The notes under the pieces are model-generated. The model saw nothing but the letters and a program-made list of their open reading frames with translations. It searched no databases and was not told where the DNA came from. A program made the position numbers and the translations under genes. DNA of 63,390 nt, filler included, from Licmophora abbreviata (lineage: Eukaryota), in assembly GCA_900291995.1 (NCBI GenBank). It is 8 parts of 8 records of this genome, joined end to end, with 100 filler letters (N's around TTAATTAATTAA, not from the genome) between each part and the next. Parts side by side here need not be neighbours in the genome. Positions count along the whole stretch, not along the records: positions 21,215 to 26,679 come from OLMU01003479.1; positions 26,780 to 35,888 come from OLMU01003480.1; positions 35,989 to 44,201 come from OLMU01003481.1; 5 more parts are not named here. The stretch is one strand, 5' to 3'. Positions 24,729 to 37,440 of this stretch are shown piece after piece (within the stretch, counting starts at the first letter, position 1; the number at the start of each line of letters is the position of its first letter).

Positions 24729-27144
24729 TTACATTACGACTTCCTCCTTGGTACTGACGATGGTCTCGACCTTTATCTGCCGAGAAACGTAGCTAGACTC
24801 GTCATCGCTGTCGTAGCCACCGAGAAGATTCATTCGTTCGTGTTTTTGACGTTCACGAATAGCCTTGAGACGCGCGACTAGATCTCGGTACTTGGTTCGC
24901 TCGGCACGCTTTCCCTTGGTCTCTTCGAGATACAGAGCACGTTGGCGCTCCTTGTCCTGCATGTCGAATTGCTTCTCGTATTTTTTCAGATTCTTTTTGA
25001 CTCCAGCAACCTCGTGCCTGGAAAGCAACTTTTCGCGGGGTCGCCATTGCATTTGATAGAATGTCTCGAAAGACTGCTGGGTGAGCTGCTTTCCTTGGAA
25101 GGTCCACAAGATGTAGCCATTGTCCATCGCAAACTTGAAATGGCCTCCGCCGATGGGCTGCGACACAAGCGTCGCTACAGTACGTCCAGACGGATCCCAC
25201 ACAACTTGATTCGCTCGATAGTGCTCCTTAATGGTGAGGCTTTTCGTATCAACGTCGTAGAATTCAAGCGTACCGGATGCCGAATCTCCCAAGCTAGCCA
25301 AAATAATGGTCTGGCCGGCGGGACTCCAAAACAAACAATTGCATTGCTTGCCCGCGAGCGTTTCAACCTTGTTGAGCTCCGAGATTTGCGATCTTTCTAC
25401 CTTAGGATTTCCCTTCTTTGTCGTCCTACCAGGGACAGAAGTCTCGACGGTCTTTTTCATGTCGTAAAAAGAGACGTCCACTTTTGTACTACTCGGATTC
25501 TCTGCGTGAATCATTGCAAAACGCGAGCCGCGCGGCTCCCATGCAAGGGCCATAACAGCATCCTTGATATCCAACATCTCCACAGGAACTCCCGCTTCGT
25601 TGAGACGAAAGAGTTCAATGTTGTTATAGAGTGTCTTTTTCGACTTGGTATGGCGCGTGACCTTGACGGCAAGGTATTCACCCTCGTCCTGCCACACCAT
25701 GATACACTTGGAAACGTTGAAAAGATTCTTCTGGCGAAGCTTCTTGCGACTGGGCAGTTGGATCAGGTCGACATGAGCCGGCGCGTTCTTATGCTCGGGA
25801 GCCTGTTGCAGAAAGACCGAAATCCGAGAGATGAGCGACAACAGTGCACAAACAAACTATTCACAAAAAGCCAACAATCCCGAAACAAGGACATACCCAG
25901 TACGAAATGACGTTCGCCTTCGGCGACCACTCGAATTCACGGATACCGTCGGCCGCCAGGGATCTTCGGTCAAGCAACTTCATCGATGGCGTCTCAAAGA
26001 TGGAAATGATGCCGTCGCCCATGCGCGCCAAGTATTTGTCGTCGTGTGACCACTGAAAGGGTGGAGGAGGAATGTTGCCATTGTCGGAGTCAAAGTCTTT
26101 GGGATAGAGCGAAAAGGCACGCATCAGCTTGCCAGTCTGAAGATTGAATATCTTAATGGCGTTTGGATCCTTTGCGTTGTTATTGTTGGTGAGGAGATAG
26201 TTTTCTTGGGGACTAAAAAGAATAAACTCGACGCCCGGGGCAGGGAATCGTCCAGCCTTTTCATAATCTCTACCACTCCATAGAATGACACCTTTCGACG
26301 GTACAAGGGTGGCAAGATACGCTCCCTTGGGGCTCCAATGAGCGTAAAAGTCACACCATGGAACACCGGCCTCCTTCTCGCGTGCACCGTCGTAGTCCAC
26401 CACGGGCGGGTTCTTTCCGTCGGACCACATAACTGCAGTCTCACGTCCATGACGAATCATAAACTGATCACGCTGGTTCGGATCTTCCAACCACGAGTTG
26501 GCGCTAGGTTTTTCCACAAACGGGGCCGGCTTGGGCTCCGAAAACTCCTTCTCCTCGACCGTCTGCAAGTGCTGAGCACGAGAAAAGAGCGTGACGGCGA
26601 GCGAATGATTCTTGTCAAACTTGTAATCTTTCAAGACGCTGACAGCATTATTGGCTCCCTCCGGCGTCTCATATTCGACNNNNNNNNNNNNNNNNNNNNN
26701 NNNNNNNNNNNNNNNNNNNNNNNTTAATTAATTAANNNNNNNNNNNNNNNNNNNNNNNNNNNNNNNNNNNNNNNNNNNNACGCTGACAGCATTATTGGCT
26801 CCCTCCGGCGTCTCATATTCGACAAAACAAAATCCCAAGGTACTTTGCGTTTCCTTGGAAAAGGGCATGACCACACCAGAAAAGCCCGTCTCGGGCGTGA
26901 CGGCCAGCGGTGCAATGCGCGACACGAGTTTGGCAACCACCTTGGTCAGTCTGTCGACCTTGGCCTCGGGAACTTTCGGGAGATTGGATACAATGACTGA
27001 GGTCTCAAACGACTCTCGCAAGGGAGGATACTCGGGCTCAGGATCGAGAGGAGAATCACTAAAGTAGCCATCGAGCTCCGCGGCCTCGTTGGCCAAGGTG
27101 TCTTCCACACTCGTCGTCGTGCTGGCTTCGGGATCTTCGGACAT
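24729..27144 (-). CDS. EIF3B: Translation initiation factor eIF3 subunit b (Prt1); intron ~25803-25896; interrupted by a spacer
   Basis: RRM 'VIVSNLPKV...LGFCFVEY', 'WSPKGAYLAT', 'KNLFNVS', 'WDPSGR', 'MDNGY', 'QWRPR'. Confidence 0.96.
26680..26779. other. Artificial contig-join spacer
   Basis: N44-TTAATTAATTAA-N44; ~44 nt of eIF3b sequence repeated on both sides. Confidence 0.97.
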
Positions 27145-27611
27145 TCTGACTGCAACGGACTGACTGGTGAATCGACTCTCGGCAGTACACTTTCAATATT
27201 CTGAGACTTCTGGCGCTTTCACGTCGTTTTGCAGCATGAATGAGCCGCTGCTACAAGTTGAAACTGTTTGTATCGCGGCTATGGTGCATTCCAAAAATCT
27301 GCGGCTCTCATTGCTCGACGGCGCGCCAATCATCGAAAATGGAAAATGCCGGATTCCATCCATTCGATCGGATGATGATGCGAGGTCTTTTCAGAGAGCT
27401 CGTCGAAAGTGGAAAGAATGAATGAATCAATCGAATCAAATCAGTCGAATCAATCGCCGCACCGCCGACCATGTGCTGCTGGTGTTGACGACATTGCAGA
27501 GGGCAACCGACAGCGTGCCATACTCTTACGGCACGTCTTGAGGAAGAAGAGCATACAGTGGAACCGCGGGCTAGCAGGATCGTGAGATCAGTTCCCGGAT
27601 TTGACATAAAT

Positions 27612-27878
27612 ATGGGTCCATTGTCCGACATGGGAGTGACGACAGGCGACAAGATAACCGTGGAGCACCTGTTTGTTCTGTCCGTCTCGACGGCATGGGA
27701 GGAGCCTCTCCGAAAAGTACTTGTCGCATGGGGCGACTCAGCCAAGGGCACCATGAACGGTCTGAAATTACTGGGATACGCTGCTGCCGCGTACCTGGTT
27801 CTGTCGGGTGTATCCAAAGTGATTGATTCCATCAGCAGAAAGGGCTTGAAAGATAATGGAGAGAACGATACTTTATGA
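27612..27878 (+). CDS. Possible small single-TM protein
   Basis: ORF with hydrophobic segment 'LLGYAAAAYLVLSGVS'; no family recognised. Confidence 0.4.
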   Translation: MGPLSDMGVTTGDKITVEHLFVLSVSTAWEEPLRKVLVAWGDSAKGTMNGLKLLGYAAAAYLVLSGVSKVIDSISRKGLKDNGENDTL

Positions 27879-27936
27879 ATATAGGTGCGAATAATGATTA
27901 GCAAGATTATACGACAGCTGTCAGCAATCCATGCAG

Positions 27937-28986
27937 CTATGGATGTATGGACACGTATTTTGCGAGCTGTCCCAGAAACTTGAGATCGGATTTGGTAAAA
28001 GCGGCAAGCAGCTGATTCGATGTCATCATCCAACACTGGCTGTCGGTGATGCGTTGCAACACTACACATCTCGTGTCTATCGTGGCGTCTCCTTCCCCGC
28101 CACCGTCACTGCTCGGGGACAGTGCTTGTGCTGCTGGATGCGTCAAGGGCAAGGACACACGCCCACCGGTGGACTTGCTCAGCGTCTCCAGTGCAGCCCG
28201 GACTCCTTCGCGTTGCACTGTAGGGCTTGCGGAGCACGGAGTACTTCCCAGTCGATAAAGCATTGGATCATCCGAATCCAACAAGAGCATGTGAGTGGCA
28301 GGCGTCATTGATATAAACGAGGCAGCAGCCCACTGTACTCGTTCTCGGTAGTCGTCGTCCGATTGAATAGCTGCACTGGAATTCTTGGACCATTGTTGCA
28401 CCAATGCGGCGTCCAGCTGGGGTGGAGAGGACGGAGGCTTACTGCCTGATAGAGTAGGAATCGTTACAGCCCCCATAGCACTGTCGGCTTTGCTAAATTC
28501 AATCGCCGCCTGCAACAGCAGCACAAGTGAATACCCAACAGCGAGGGTTTCCGACAACCCAATTGTACTGTCAATGATACCATCACTCCCATCCTCACCA
28601 CTTTGACTTCCAAGAATCCGATTCAAGGCGGTCAAGATCAAGACGACTCCTCCAAACAGCAAGCGCACACGAGGACCTTCTAATCCTGGAACGAAGAATC
28701 CTGACCCTCGTTCAATGGCGGCTGACGGACGAGCATACACGCCCTTGTTTTTCTTTTTGTTGCCGCTGGCGTTGTTCTTCTCGGCGTAGAGGACTGTAAA
28801 GGTGCGTAGACCACCTGTAGCACCGAAACCTAGCTTTCGTCGTCTCGTCATTTGTGTAGACGATCGAAACGCTCGTGACGGCGAAAGGAGGAACGGCGAT
28901 CCTATCAACACGGCCATTGTCAGGGTGAACAAGATGGATGGATGATGTAGCACCGCGAAGCGTCGCTGCTGTCGTCTGAGATGCAT
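27937..28986 (-). CDS. Cofactor assembly of complex C subunit B (CCB2/CCB4 family), plastid
   Basis: Bipartite presequence (..SRA-F); 'FFVPGLEG..RL..G...L...NR'; two TMs; C-terminal 'AFTKSDLKFL..LA' like the CCB2/4 tail. Confidence 0.7.
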   Translation of the reverse strand: MHLRRQQRRFAVLHHPSILFTLTMAVLIGSPFLLSPSRAFRSSTQMTRRRKLGFGATGGLRTFTVLYAEKNNASGNKKKNKGVYARPSAAIERGSGFFVPGLEGPRVRLLFGGVVLILTALNRILGSQSGEDGSDGIIDSTIGLSETLAVGYSLVLLLQAAIEFSKADSAMGAVTIPTLSGSKPPSSPPQLDAALVQQWSKNSSAAIQSDDDYRERVQWAAASFISMTPATHMLLLDSDDPMLYRLGSTPCSASPTVQREGVRAALETLSKSTGGRVSLPLTHPAAQALSPSSDGGGEGDATIDTRCVVLQRITDSQCWMMTSNQLLAAFTKSDLKFLGQLAKYVSIHP

Positions 28987-29380
28987 TTTTACTGATTCGT
29001 TTTCGAGGCTCCCTCTTTCTTGGTTGCTCGCTGAGCAGAATATCCGATGAGTCTTCCACCCAGAGGCCCTGCTATGATGTAGCAACAACATCATCGTCTG
29101 GAGCAACCCTGATGGCTCATCGTCACACACACACACACGCTCAAACTTCGAACTCCTCATCAACGCGATCACGCACGCGCTTGTGTTCGCGCGCGCCCGG
29201 CAAGAGAGATATTGAGTGACGTCGCCTGAATCTCGTTGACATTTTTCAAATCCGTTTTGCCAACCGCCAAATCCCAAATCTGCAAATTCGGCTTGCACGA
29301 TATCATACAGGCGGGGGCGATGCTGCTGTGGCCTCTCGATCGTTCTGTGTCTCTCATCACTTTGCTTTTCTAAACGAATA

Positions 29381-30585
29381 ATGAAGGCACGTTCATCAAG
29401 CACGCGTCGATCGCCAGCTCAGACGCGTCGCCGGCTAATGCTATGGAGTCCGTTGGCGGTATTTTACGCGATAATTGCCTTTGTCGCCGCGGTTCTGATG
29501 CTTGACGCTTCCAATTTCTGTAGCAGACTTGGCGGAATAGATGGCATGATTCAATCCAATCTTACCGGTGCTCCAACGTCCGCATCTCCACCCTCGAGAC
29601 CAACCATGCTGCTAGGAATCTTCAGCACGCATGCGGAAGTACCACGGCGACAGTACATTCGAGACACCATGTTGAATGTTTCCGACGATCCTCGACTGTG
29701 TCCGCTTCACTCCTATCTCGCTACCTCAAACACTTCTTCGACTGTTACCGATGCCTCGTTGCACTGTCAAGTCCTCTATGCCTTTATCGTCGGCGGCGGT
29801 GGACCAACGTATGCGAATCGCAATACACAAGCTACCAATCTCTCGCGAATAGTTCTTCCACCCACAGATGAGTACGACGAGCCGGACGTGGTGCGCCTGG
29901 CTATCAAGGAAAACATGAATACGGGCAAATCACCCACTTACTTTGCGTATGGTGCATTGTTGGATCGCGAGTTGCGAGGATCGTCACGACACATTGACTA
30001 CGTCGCCAAGATGGATTCGGACAACTTGATGAATCTTCGGGCGCTCGGCGACTTTCTAAACGACTATTTGGTGCCTTTTGATGCTGCGCAGTACCGACCA
30101 ACCTTCGGTGGTATGATGTTCGATTGGATGTACTGTGGTGGACATGTACATAAGCATTGCAATGATCTTGCCGGTCGAGTGTACATGTCGGGTGAGTGTG
30201 TTTTGAAGCTCGTTAACACTATACGCTTTGCTATCGTGAGGAACAATCTGGCGTCGGTCGCGCCAAAGCTCATTCTACGTTTCTTTCGCTACGCACAGGG
30301 GCATTCTATTTCATGAGTCAGCACTTGGCTCGACACGTCACGTCGCCCGATGTCGACACGCAGCACTTTGCGAAATACGAAGACATGGACATGGGCATGC
30401 GAGTTGCTACCTTTACTCAACCAGTTTCCTATGTTGAGTTCAACACGGGCATGTTTTGGAGACACGGGCTCAAGAAAGAAGAAGCCTTTCGTGACTGGTG
30501 GAATAAGGGCGAGGAAGGGAATTCGACGGAAGCGTATTGGAATGGATGGGGTTCGTGGAGGAAGGACGGTGGCGGACTGGGATAG
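29381..30585 (+). CDS. Glycosyltransferase family 31-like (beta-1,3-galactosyltransferase type), 2 exons (intron 30192-30298)
   Basis: Type II TM; 'RRQYIRDT', 'ENMNTGKS', DxD 'VAKMDSD', 'YMSGAFYFMS', 'EDMDMG'. Confidence 0.8.
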
Positions 30586-30786
30586 TGATGTGTTGGAAAA
30601 TAAGGCCGATACGCTCTCTTGTTTGAAAACGATTCGAGTAGACAAGGTCGTTTGCAATGTCGGCATATTTTGTAGTGCATGCCTGCACGATTGCATTTTC
30701 CCAATGCGCTAGACTATATTTGAATAAAACCAGAGCGTGTTACGGCCTCGTCGTTACATGGGGTCACAGTACTCTGTAGACTAGCG

Positions 30787-33700
30787 TTATCTCACAGTCT
30801 TTTCATCGACGACGACGGAACTCAATCCGTTATGCTTGACGACCTCGTCTATTCGATCAAAACTTTCTTCTAGTTCCTCTGCGGCCAGATCCTGGAGGAT
30901 GAGAATTATGGTAGTAGCCGAAAGGCCACTCCTGCTTGGATCGCCTTCGCTCCCGCCTCTTCTCAGCAATTTGCGAAGCAACGCGCCCACTCGAGTTCGG
31001 CCTGTCCTGTCCAGATGAGTGAGGGGCTCATCAAGCACTATTACGGACGGTCGAAGCTTGCCTCTCCTTGCCACCAGATCGGCGAAGCCCAAGCTCATAG
31101 AGAGCGAGCATCTTCGCCACTGCCCTCCTGACAGAGAAGAAAGAGGTCGCTCAACTAGACTGCCATCCGGACCCCGGACGTAGGCGCGACGAGAAATTCT
31201 ATCACCACTGTCTAGCGATAACTTGAGAATCTGGTTGCCATCACTTAGCTCGTCCAGATAGGATTGACAAGTCGACTCAATCGCTTCGACGGCATTCTGT
31301 AAAAGAAACGTTTGGACGCCACGTTGACCAAAGATTTCAGCGAGGTCAGACATCGTCTTGGAGAATCCAGACAGAGAGCTGCCCTCTGCCTCCATATTCC
31401 TGAGATTCTGCTCGGCATCTCTGACGTCGCGGCACAGATCATCGTAGGCAGCACGTGTGAGGTCAACAGTGTCGCGGCCAGCATGCAGAGCGCATGTTTT
31501 CGCCTCGATCTCTGACTCCATTCGTAGCATTTTCGACGCATCCGATAGCTCAGCTGAAAGGCGTAATTGATGTTGCCGTGAGTCATGCAATTGCCGCTCT
31601 GCTGCCTCAAAGCGAGCGGACCATTCGGATTCGGCCGCTTTGAGTTCCATGGACGCGGAGGCGACTCGCAGTTCCGCAGCGTCGGCTTCAGCGCTAGCAG
31701 CATGGAGTGCCATTGTTGCCTCTGCATGCCCATCCTGAGACGCGTGTAAGTTCTGCAAGGCGTCTGTGATCTCTGATTGCATTGTACGTCGAAGCTGTTC
31801 CTGTGAGTGGCCATCTCCGTCTCTTGTGATAGGCTCCTTACAAGTCGGACACTTCTGTGGTGTTGTAGGAGCTTCTTTAGACGTCATGTCAATGGACCAT
31901 TTAGTCTCAAGTTGTCCCTGGCTTTCTTGGGACATCTCAAGATTCAATACAGCACGATCGAATGACATTTGAGCTAACCGCAGTTGCTCCCTAGCTGTGG
32001 CTAGAGTGGTCGATGCTTCGTGGTAGGAATTTTGCGTGTGCAACACAGCACCGTCGCGATCTTTCGACAGAGCCAAAAGCTTTCTTTCTAGCGTCGCAAC
32101 GGTACTTGTTGCCTCTTGCAGAGCATCTTCAAAAGAATCCACATCCGTAACCGGCGATGTAGGTACTTTGCAGGTCATTCGAAGCTCTTCGATCTGCCGT
32201 AGTTGTTGTCTTTCCTGCTCCTCAAAAGCAGATAGCTTGGCGTCGGCCAATTGTTGTGCTGAGTCGCGGCGACGGGACAAATCTTCGACATCCTTTGTCC
32301 GTAACGCGACCATGCCTTTCACTTCTGATGCTTTCTTGGCGGCCTCGCGAGATCTCTTGCGTGCTGTGAATGCGCAATTCTGCCAGAGTGAGAGGGGGAC
32401 AAGGAGGGAAAGCTCTTCTTTCAGCGTTGCGTCGGTTGCTTCCAGCAGTCCATTGACCCCGTGTTGACCATGAAACATGGATCGAGCAAGCACTTCAGGA
32501 CTCAAGTGAAGTGTTTCATCTATGACAGTTTGAGTCTCTTTGATCGACTGCATCGTGAGGTCCTCTTCACCTAACTGGAAAGAAAGAGAACCTTTCGACG
32601 ATGTCTTCGTCCTAGAGAGTACAAACGACACCCCATTGAATTCACCATGGATCGTGACCCGAGCAGCCTACACAGTTTGTAATATGGTTTCAAGCCTGCG
32701 CAGTGAGCGTAGAAAGTGTCGCAAAGGGAAAGATGATGTCAAGAGTCAACATACCTTTGACGAATCGTTTACGACATCGGATACCTTGAAGTCCTGTGCC
32801 GGCCGAGGATCGACCGACCCTGTCAGAGCCCAGAGTGTCGCCATCGCCAGAGATGATTTGCCACTACCGTTGCTGTGCGTACACGCAAACAACGAAAATG
32901 AATCAGTGAACAACTACGGGGAAGGTCCCCAAGCAAATGGACGAAATATGTCGACTCCGTACCTGTCCGATCCACCATCCTTATTGGTTCCTCGAAGAAG
33001 AACCAACCCACGATCAAGAAGAGGATAGGTCGTCTTGTGTTTGAAAGGTCCGAATCCTTGTATGGAAACGGATTCAAGCACGAAATCGGTCGCGATATCG
33101 GAGGAGTCGACGATCGTCGATGCCTCACCCGATACTTCCAACTCATCAACGAGCCGGAGCCCCTCTTGAAGTAACTTTTCGGCTGTAGTGTTGGCCATAG
33201 CTTCGCGTCGCACTTCTTCAGCGAGGAAAGCCGCCAATGCAGTGGGGGGCGTCATTTCTTCCAGTAAGCTCGAATCTTCAGCGGGTCCGATCCCCATCAC
33301 TTCAGTTGGCACAGACGTAACTTCTCGTACTTCCACCAATGCGCCTACCTCTCGCAGAGCCTTGACCTTAGCATCGAATTCTGTCAGATCACCTTCCTTA
33401 GCAGATCGACGAGCTTCCTCCAGATCATCCTTTGCGACCGACACAACAACGCGGTCGCCGGCACGAACGCCGAGTTCACTTCCGATGCACGTATCGACGA
33501 CACTGCCATCTTCAGCACATTGACTAGCACCGCTCCGGAAGGCATGCACATGGAGACGTGTAAACGCGTCCAGAGACAAGGGACGAAAGTGCTTTCGTCC
33601 AATCTGCAATGGAATCTTCTCCACACACTCCCAATTCTGTCCAGCGTCCAGCATCCACAGAGCTTTTGGCTGCTGTGCTTCAGCCAGTGATGTCTCATAT

Positions 33701-34914
33701 GGCGATCCAATGTAATGAATTTTTATCGCGCCTGATTTGACCTCATGCGGTTTGTGAAAGTGGCCCGAATAAATCGGACGGCCCGTCGGGAAGCAAGCGG
33801 GAGACACGCCTCCCGTCGACACGATCAAATCGTTCATGTAAGCTCCAGTCACATCGGCATGCACAAAGAGTGCCGAGGAGTTCATTGCGGCAGTAGAGCA
33901 TAGAACCGATTCCATGACGGCAATGTCACGAATATGCGGGACAAAGAGCGCCTTGCGAAACATCGTTGGATGTGAAAAGATGAGTGGTCCGGGCACGGTT
34001 CGTCCACCATCATCATCATCACCGTCGAGCTCGACCTGATAGGCATTTTCCAGAGGCGTAAGCCCGTGGTCGTACCCGCTCAATGTGATTTGATCATGAT
34101 TACCTGGGATCATGACCATGGGTACTCGCCACGATCGAAACGCTTCGAGGACAGCATTCAATACATTGATACGGATTACTGCACGATGGTGCCAGAAGTC
34201 CCCCAAGAACAGTACTCCCGCATTCCTCTCGACTGCAGCGCGATGGACAGTTTCCAAAACTTCCAGGCACGTGTCAAGCGACGAAGGGGCACAATGCAAA
34301 TCGGTAAACACGATCCACCTGTCCACCGACGCGTGGTGGGCGCACTGCTCCATGTACAATTGATGTCGTTTGTTCTTCACGGCATCAGCTCCTTGACTCT
34401 GTACTAGCGCGGAGTCCAAATCGACAATAATCGGAGGAGATGACACCATCGTCTGCGTGCTATTGCTTGTCTGTTGTCCTAATTCGGTGGTTTGTGTCGC
34501 AATTCGGACCGGCTCCTCGGATTCTGGGCTATGCTGATTGGTCGGCGACAATGAGAGCTGCTTGCCGCGCACCTTGACGATTTCCTCGCCCCCGGTCGAC
34601 GAAAGTCCGACAGAGTACCATCCACCACCCCGCTTCTCTTTCACGATCCCAGATATTGTGTCCCCGTTCACAGTGAAAAGTACCTGGTCTCCTTCGTCCA
34701 GCGGGGCAGGCGCCATTCGCATCCTTGATAATGACGACGACGGGTGTGCTCGGCCGCGTGTGCCGAGTCTGAAGGGAACACCATTAGCGACACCCACTGT
34801 TCTTTGCAGCAAGCGAGTCTGCAACTGCCAGGATCGCCCCAGACGAAACGAAGTCGCTACCACGAGGACAGCCACAAAAGTTGAACGCGCGTTCCATCGG
34901 CTGTATCCATTCAT
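30787..34914 (-). CDS. Fused SbcD/Mre11 nuclease - SbcC/Rad50 ATPase (~1316 aa) with organelle-type presequence; introns 32873-32962 and 32668-32754
   Basis: Metallophosphoesterase motifs DLH, GDFWH, GNHD, HAD, SGHFH. Then 'IQGFGPF', Walker A NGSGKSS (in the small exon), Q-loop, coiled coils, hook CPTC, signature LSGGQ, Walker B VIVLDEPLTHLD. Both splices keep the frame. Confidence 0.9.
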
Positions 34915-35888
34915 CTTTTCGTCAATGATGCATATGCGTCTATTGTCGGCATAAATCTTTTCAACCCCTCCTTTCTAACAACACGATGTTTCGAGCGACT
35001 CCAAGATTCTTTCGACGGGACACCAGGCTCATCAGATGGCAGCTGGGGTGAGCACGAGGACAATGTGCCATGGCGTGGACAGCCTCCGCCTTTTCTGCCA
35101 TTATCGGTTGGATCTTTGAATTTTGGGATGGACGCCAAGAGAGAAAAGCGAACACTCGACTCCTCCGACTCACATTGTCTTTCGATCTGTGTCTCCACAA
35201 CCTGAGACGTACTACCACCAGTGTCGTGTTTAAAGTACATACATTCGCTCCACCGGCATAGAGCCAGCGGCCCTATTCAGTTTCTTCTGTAAAAGATGGT
35301 TCGGGGAACGTTATCTTGGGAATTTTAGCCGGACGTAAGTATCATCGACCACTGGTACTTCGGTCGTATTCTTGCTTTGCTAGGCCGCTTGATCCTGGGA
35401 ATGTGCGTTCATGAGACACCAACTATCCAGTGCACAAGTTTGTAACAAGCAAAGTAACAGAGACTTAGACTTGTTTTAAGAAGCGCCTAAAGCTCCTCTG
35501 GCATTACGTCGGGAGTGAAAAGACCCTCGCTCGTCGATCTCGGCATAAACTCCAGTCACGAACTGGCAGTTGTCGCACAGACATTGGTCGGTCATGGGTG
35601 TGAATGTTCGGTCACAGGCGGTCACACTTGCCCATCTTTCGGACGCACCAATCAGTTCTACGACGATCGTCCGCATCGTAGTACCGACGTAAATACAGGT
35701 AGGGTTTCTACAGAACTGTCATTGACACAATGCTCGTGACTCCTTGACGTTCTTGAAAAATGTTTCAAAACTAATGCATACGAAATAAATAGTCAGACAG
35801 ATCGTGAGCGTTAGGTTTTACACCCAATTTCCCAAACTAGCACACAGATACGATCAAACTCGCTGGTTGTTCATCTCAGTTCGCTCAT

Positions 35889-35988
35889 NNNNNNNNNNNN
35901 NNNNNNNNNNNNNNNNNNNNNNNNNNNNNNNNTTAATTAATTAANNNNNNNNNNNNNNNNNNNNNNNNNNNNNNNNNNNNNNNNNNNN
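35889..35988. other. Artificial contig-join spacer
   Basis: N44-TTAATTAATTAA-N44. Confidence 0.97.
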
Positions 35989-35997
35989 CGACTCACC

Positions 35998-36850
35998 ATG
36001 ACGATCAAGGTAGAGCAAGAGGCGCTGCTTTGCGTACTCAGTCGCCCCCCACCGCACCCACCATGTCACCTGCAGGGGGCTGGGGACGAGTTCATATCTT
36101 TGGATAGCGAGGAACTCGTGGATGTGTCTTGTTCGAAGGACGGCTCATCGGTCGTGATGATCAACGATGATTTTGTTCTACGTGAAACTCCGTACAAAAA
36201 CTGTGAAAGTTTTGACGACGAATGCACAGTCACTACCGCGTCCTCTTCGTCTGCTTCTTCGTTAGGGGACGAGAAGACTGTCTCGTTCGCTGAAACGTTA
36301 GTCACTGACGTATGGACAAGGCCAAGGACTCTTCGTCAGGACGTCTCCAAGCTTTTTTACTCCGTCGACGAAACCACAAGGTCAGTCCCCCTTTTCCAAG
36401 ATTGATCGCTTGTGTTTTTGCACTCTCCCGTACCAAGAACTGGATTCGAGATTTTTAACTATGACCATCTGTCCACTGCGACTTTTATTGGCTTACAAAT
36501 GTCGGAGTCGTCCGTTGGCTGACACTTTCTAAATTCTGATTTGCTCACGTCACTCGTCTTTTATTCTTCTTTGTTTTAGGTTCCGTCAAGACTATCGCTT
36601 GGAACGGAAGGTTCTGGCTGAGCTAGAATTGGATCCAGCTACGCAGGACGACGGGGAACTGACGGCACTTCTGGCGGACGATTCGACAAGTTCAGGGCGC
36701 CACCGCATCTCCCGTGTTGTCGTCTTACACAACGAGAAACTCGAGACCTTTCACAATTCCTCTCCGACGACTCTTCCTGACGAGCCAACTGGCAACAACG
36801 CCTTCTTTGACAACGACAGCTTTTGGAGCGGTTCCATCACGTGGTACTAG
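35998..36850 (+). CDS. Hypothetical acidic/disordered protein, 2 exons (intron 36381-36579)
   Basis: Splice joins ORFs in frame (ETTR|FRQDYRLER); RVxF-like 'KTVSF'; C-terminal 'FWSGSITWY'. Confidence 0.7.
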
Positions 36851-37440
36851 CGGCGGCCGCACGGCTGCCCGTGCATACATGCGCACCGCTTGTATATTGT
36901 GCAACTTCATGTCCACCGAGCTGTACGAACATCACACTCTACGTATCATATTAAAGCCACGCATCAGCGGCTGTTGTCAAAGTTAGCAAGTCAAGGGGGT
37001 TAAGGATTGGTCTGGTCTCGAGGTAAGATGGAATTGGAATTAGAGGAATGGAACACGGATTGGAACGGGATGTCGTGGCGAGCATCTCTTCGCTTCCACC
37101 ACATACTACTGACTGTATCTTTTTAGGGGACCAACTCGAGAGCTGGGATTGGGACTGGGGAAAACTGACTTTTTGGGCTATCTAACTGGGCAGCATCATG
37201 CTTGATGTGTTTTGCTTTCATACTACACAAAGTACACTGTTTATTGCAGTACGGCCGGACACGAACTTCTACAACATGGAAGTGGTGTTCTCTGTACGAC
37301 TGTATCATCAACACTACCACTACTAAATATTAGAGCTTATGCTTTGTATGAACAGACGCGTTAGTTACGGTGGTAGAGTAGGTAGGTATACTCGATCGAG
37401 GAATCTTGTGAAACTACTTCGTCTTACGAAAAGTACGTAG

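Noticed and set aside
24942..25910. 322-aa plus-strand ORF and many similar overlapping ORFs (e.g. 7038-7646, 12352-12963, 15343-16005)
   Set aside because: Antisense shadows of well-supported genes, with no motifs of their own
27308..28069. 253-aa minus-strand ORF
   Set aside because: No domain-like composition; overlaps the CCB-like gene end and the eIF3b upstream region
34915..35888. ~1 kb gene-free region checked for ncRNA or a mobile element
   Set aside because: No terminal repeats, tRNA-like structure or credible ORF seen; likely divergent promoter/UTR sequence
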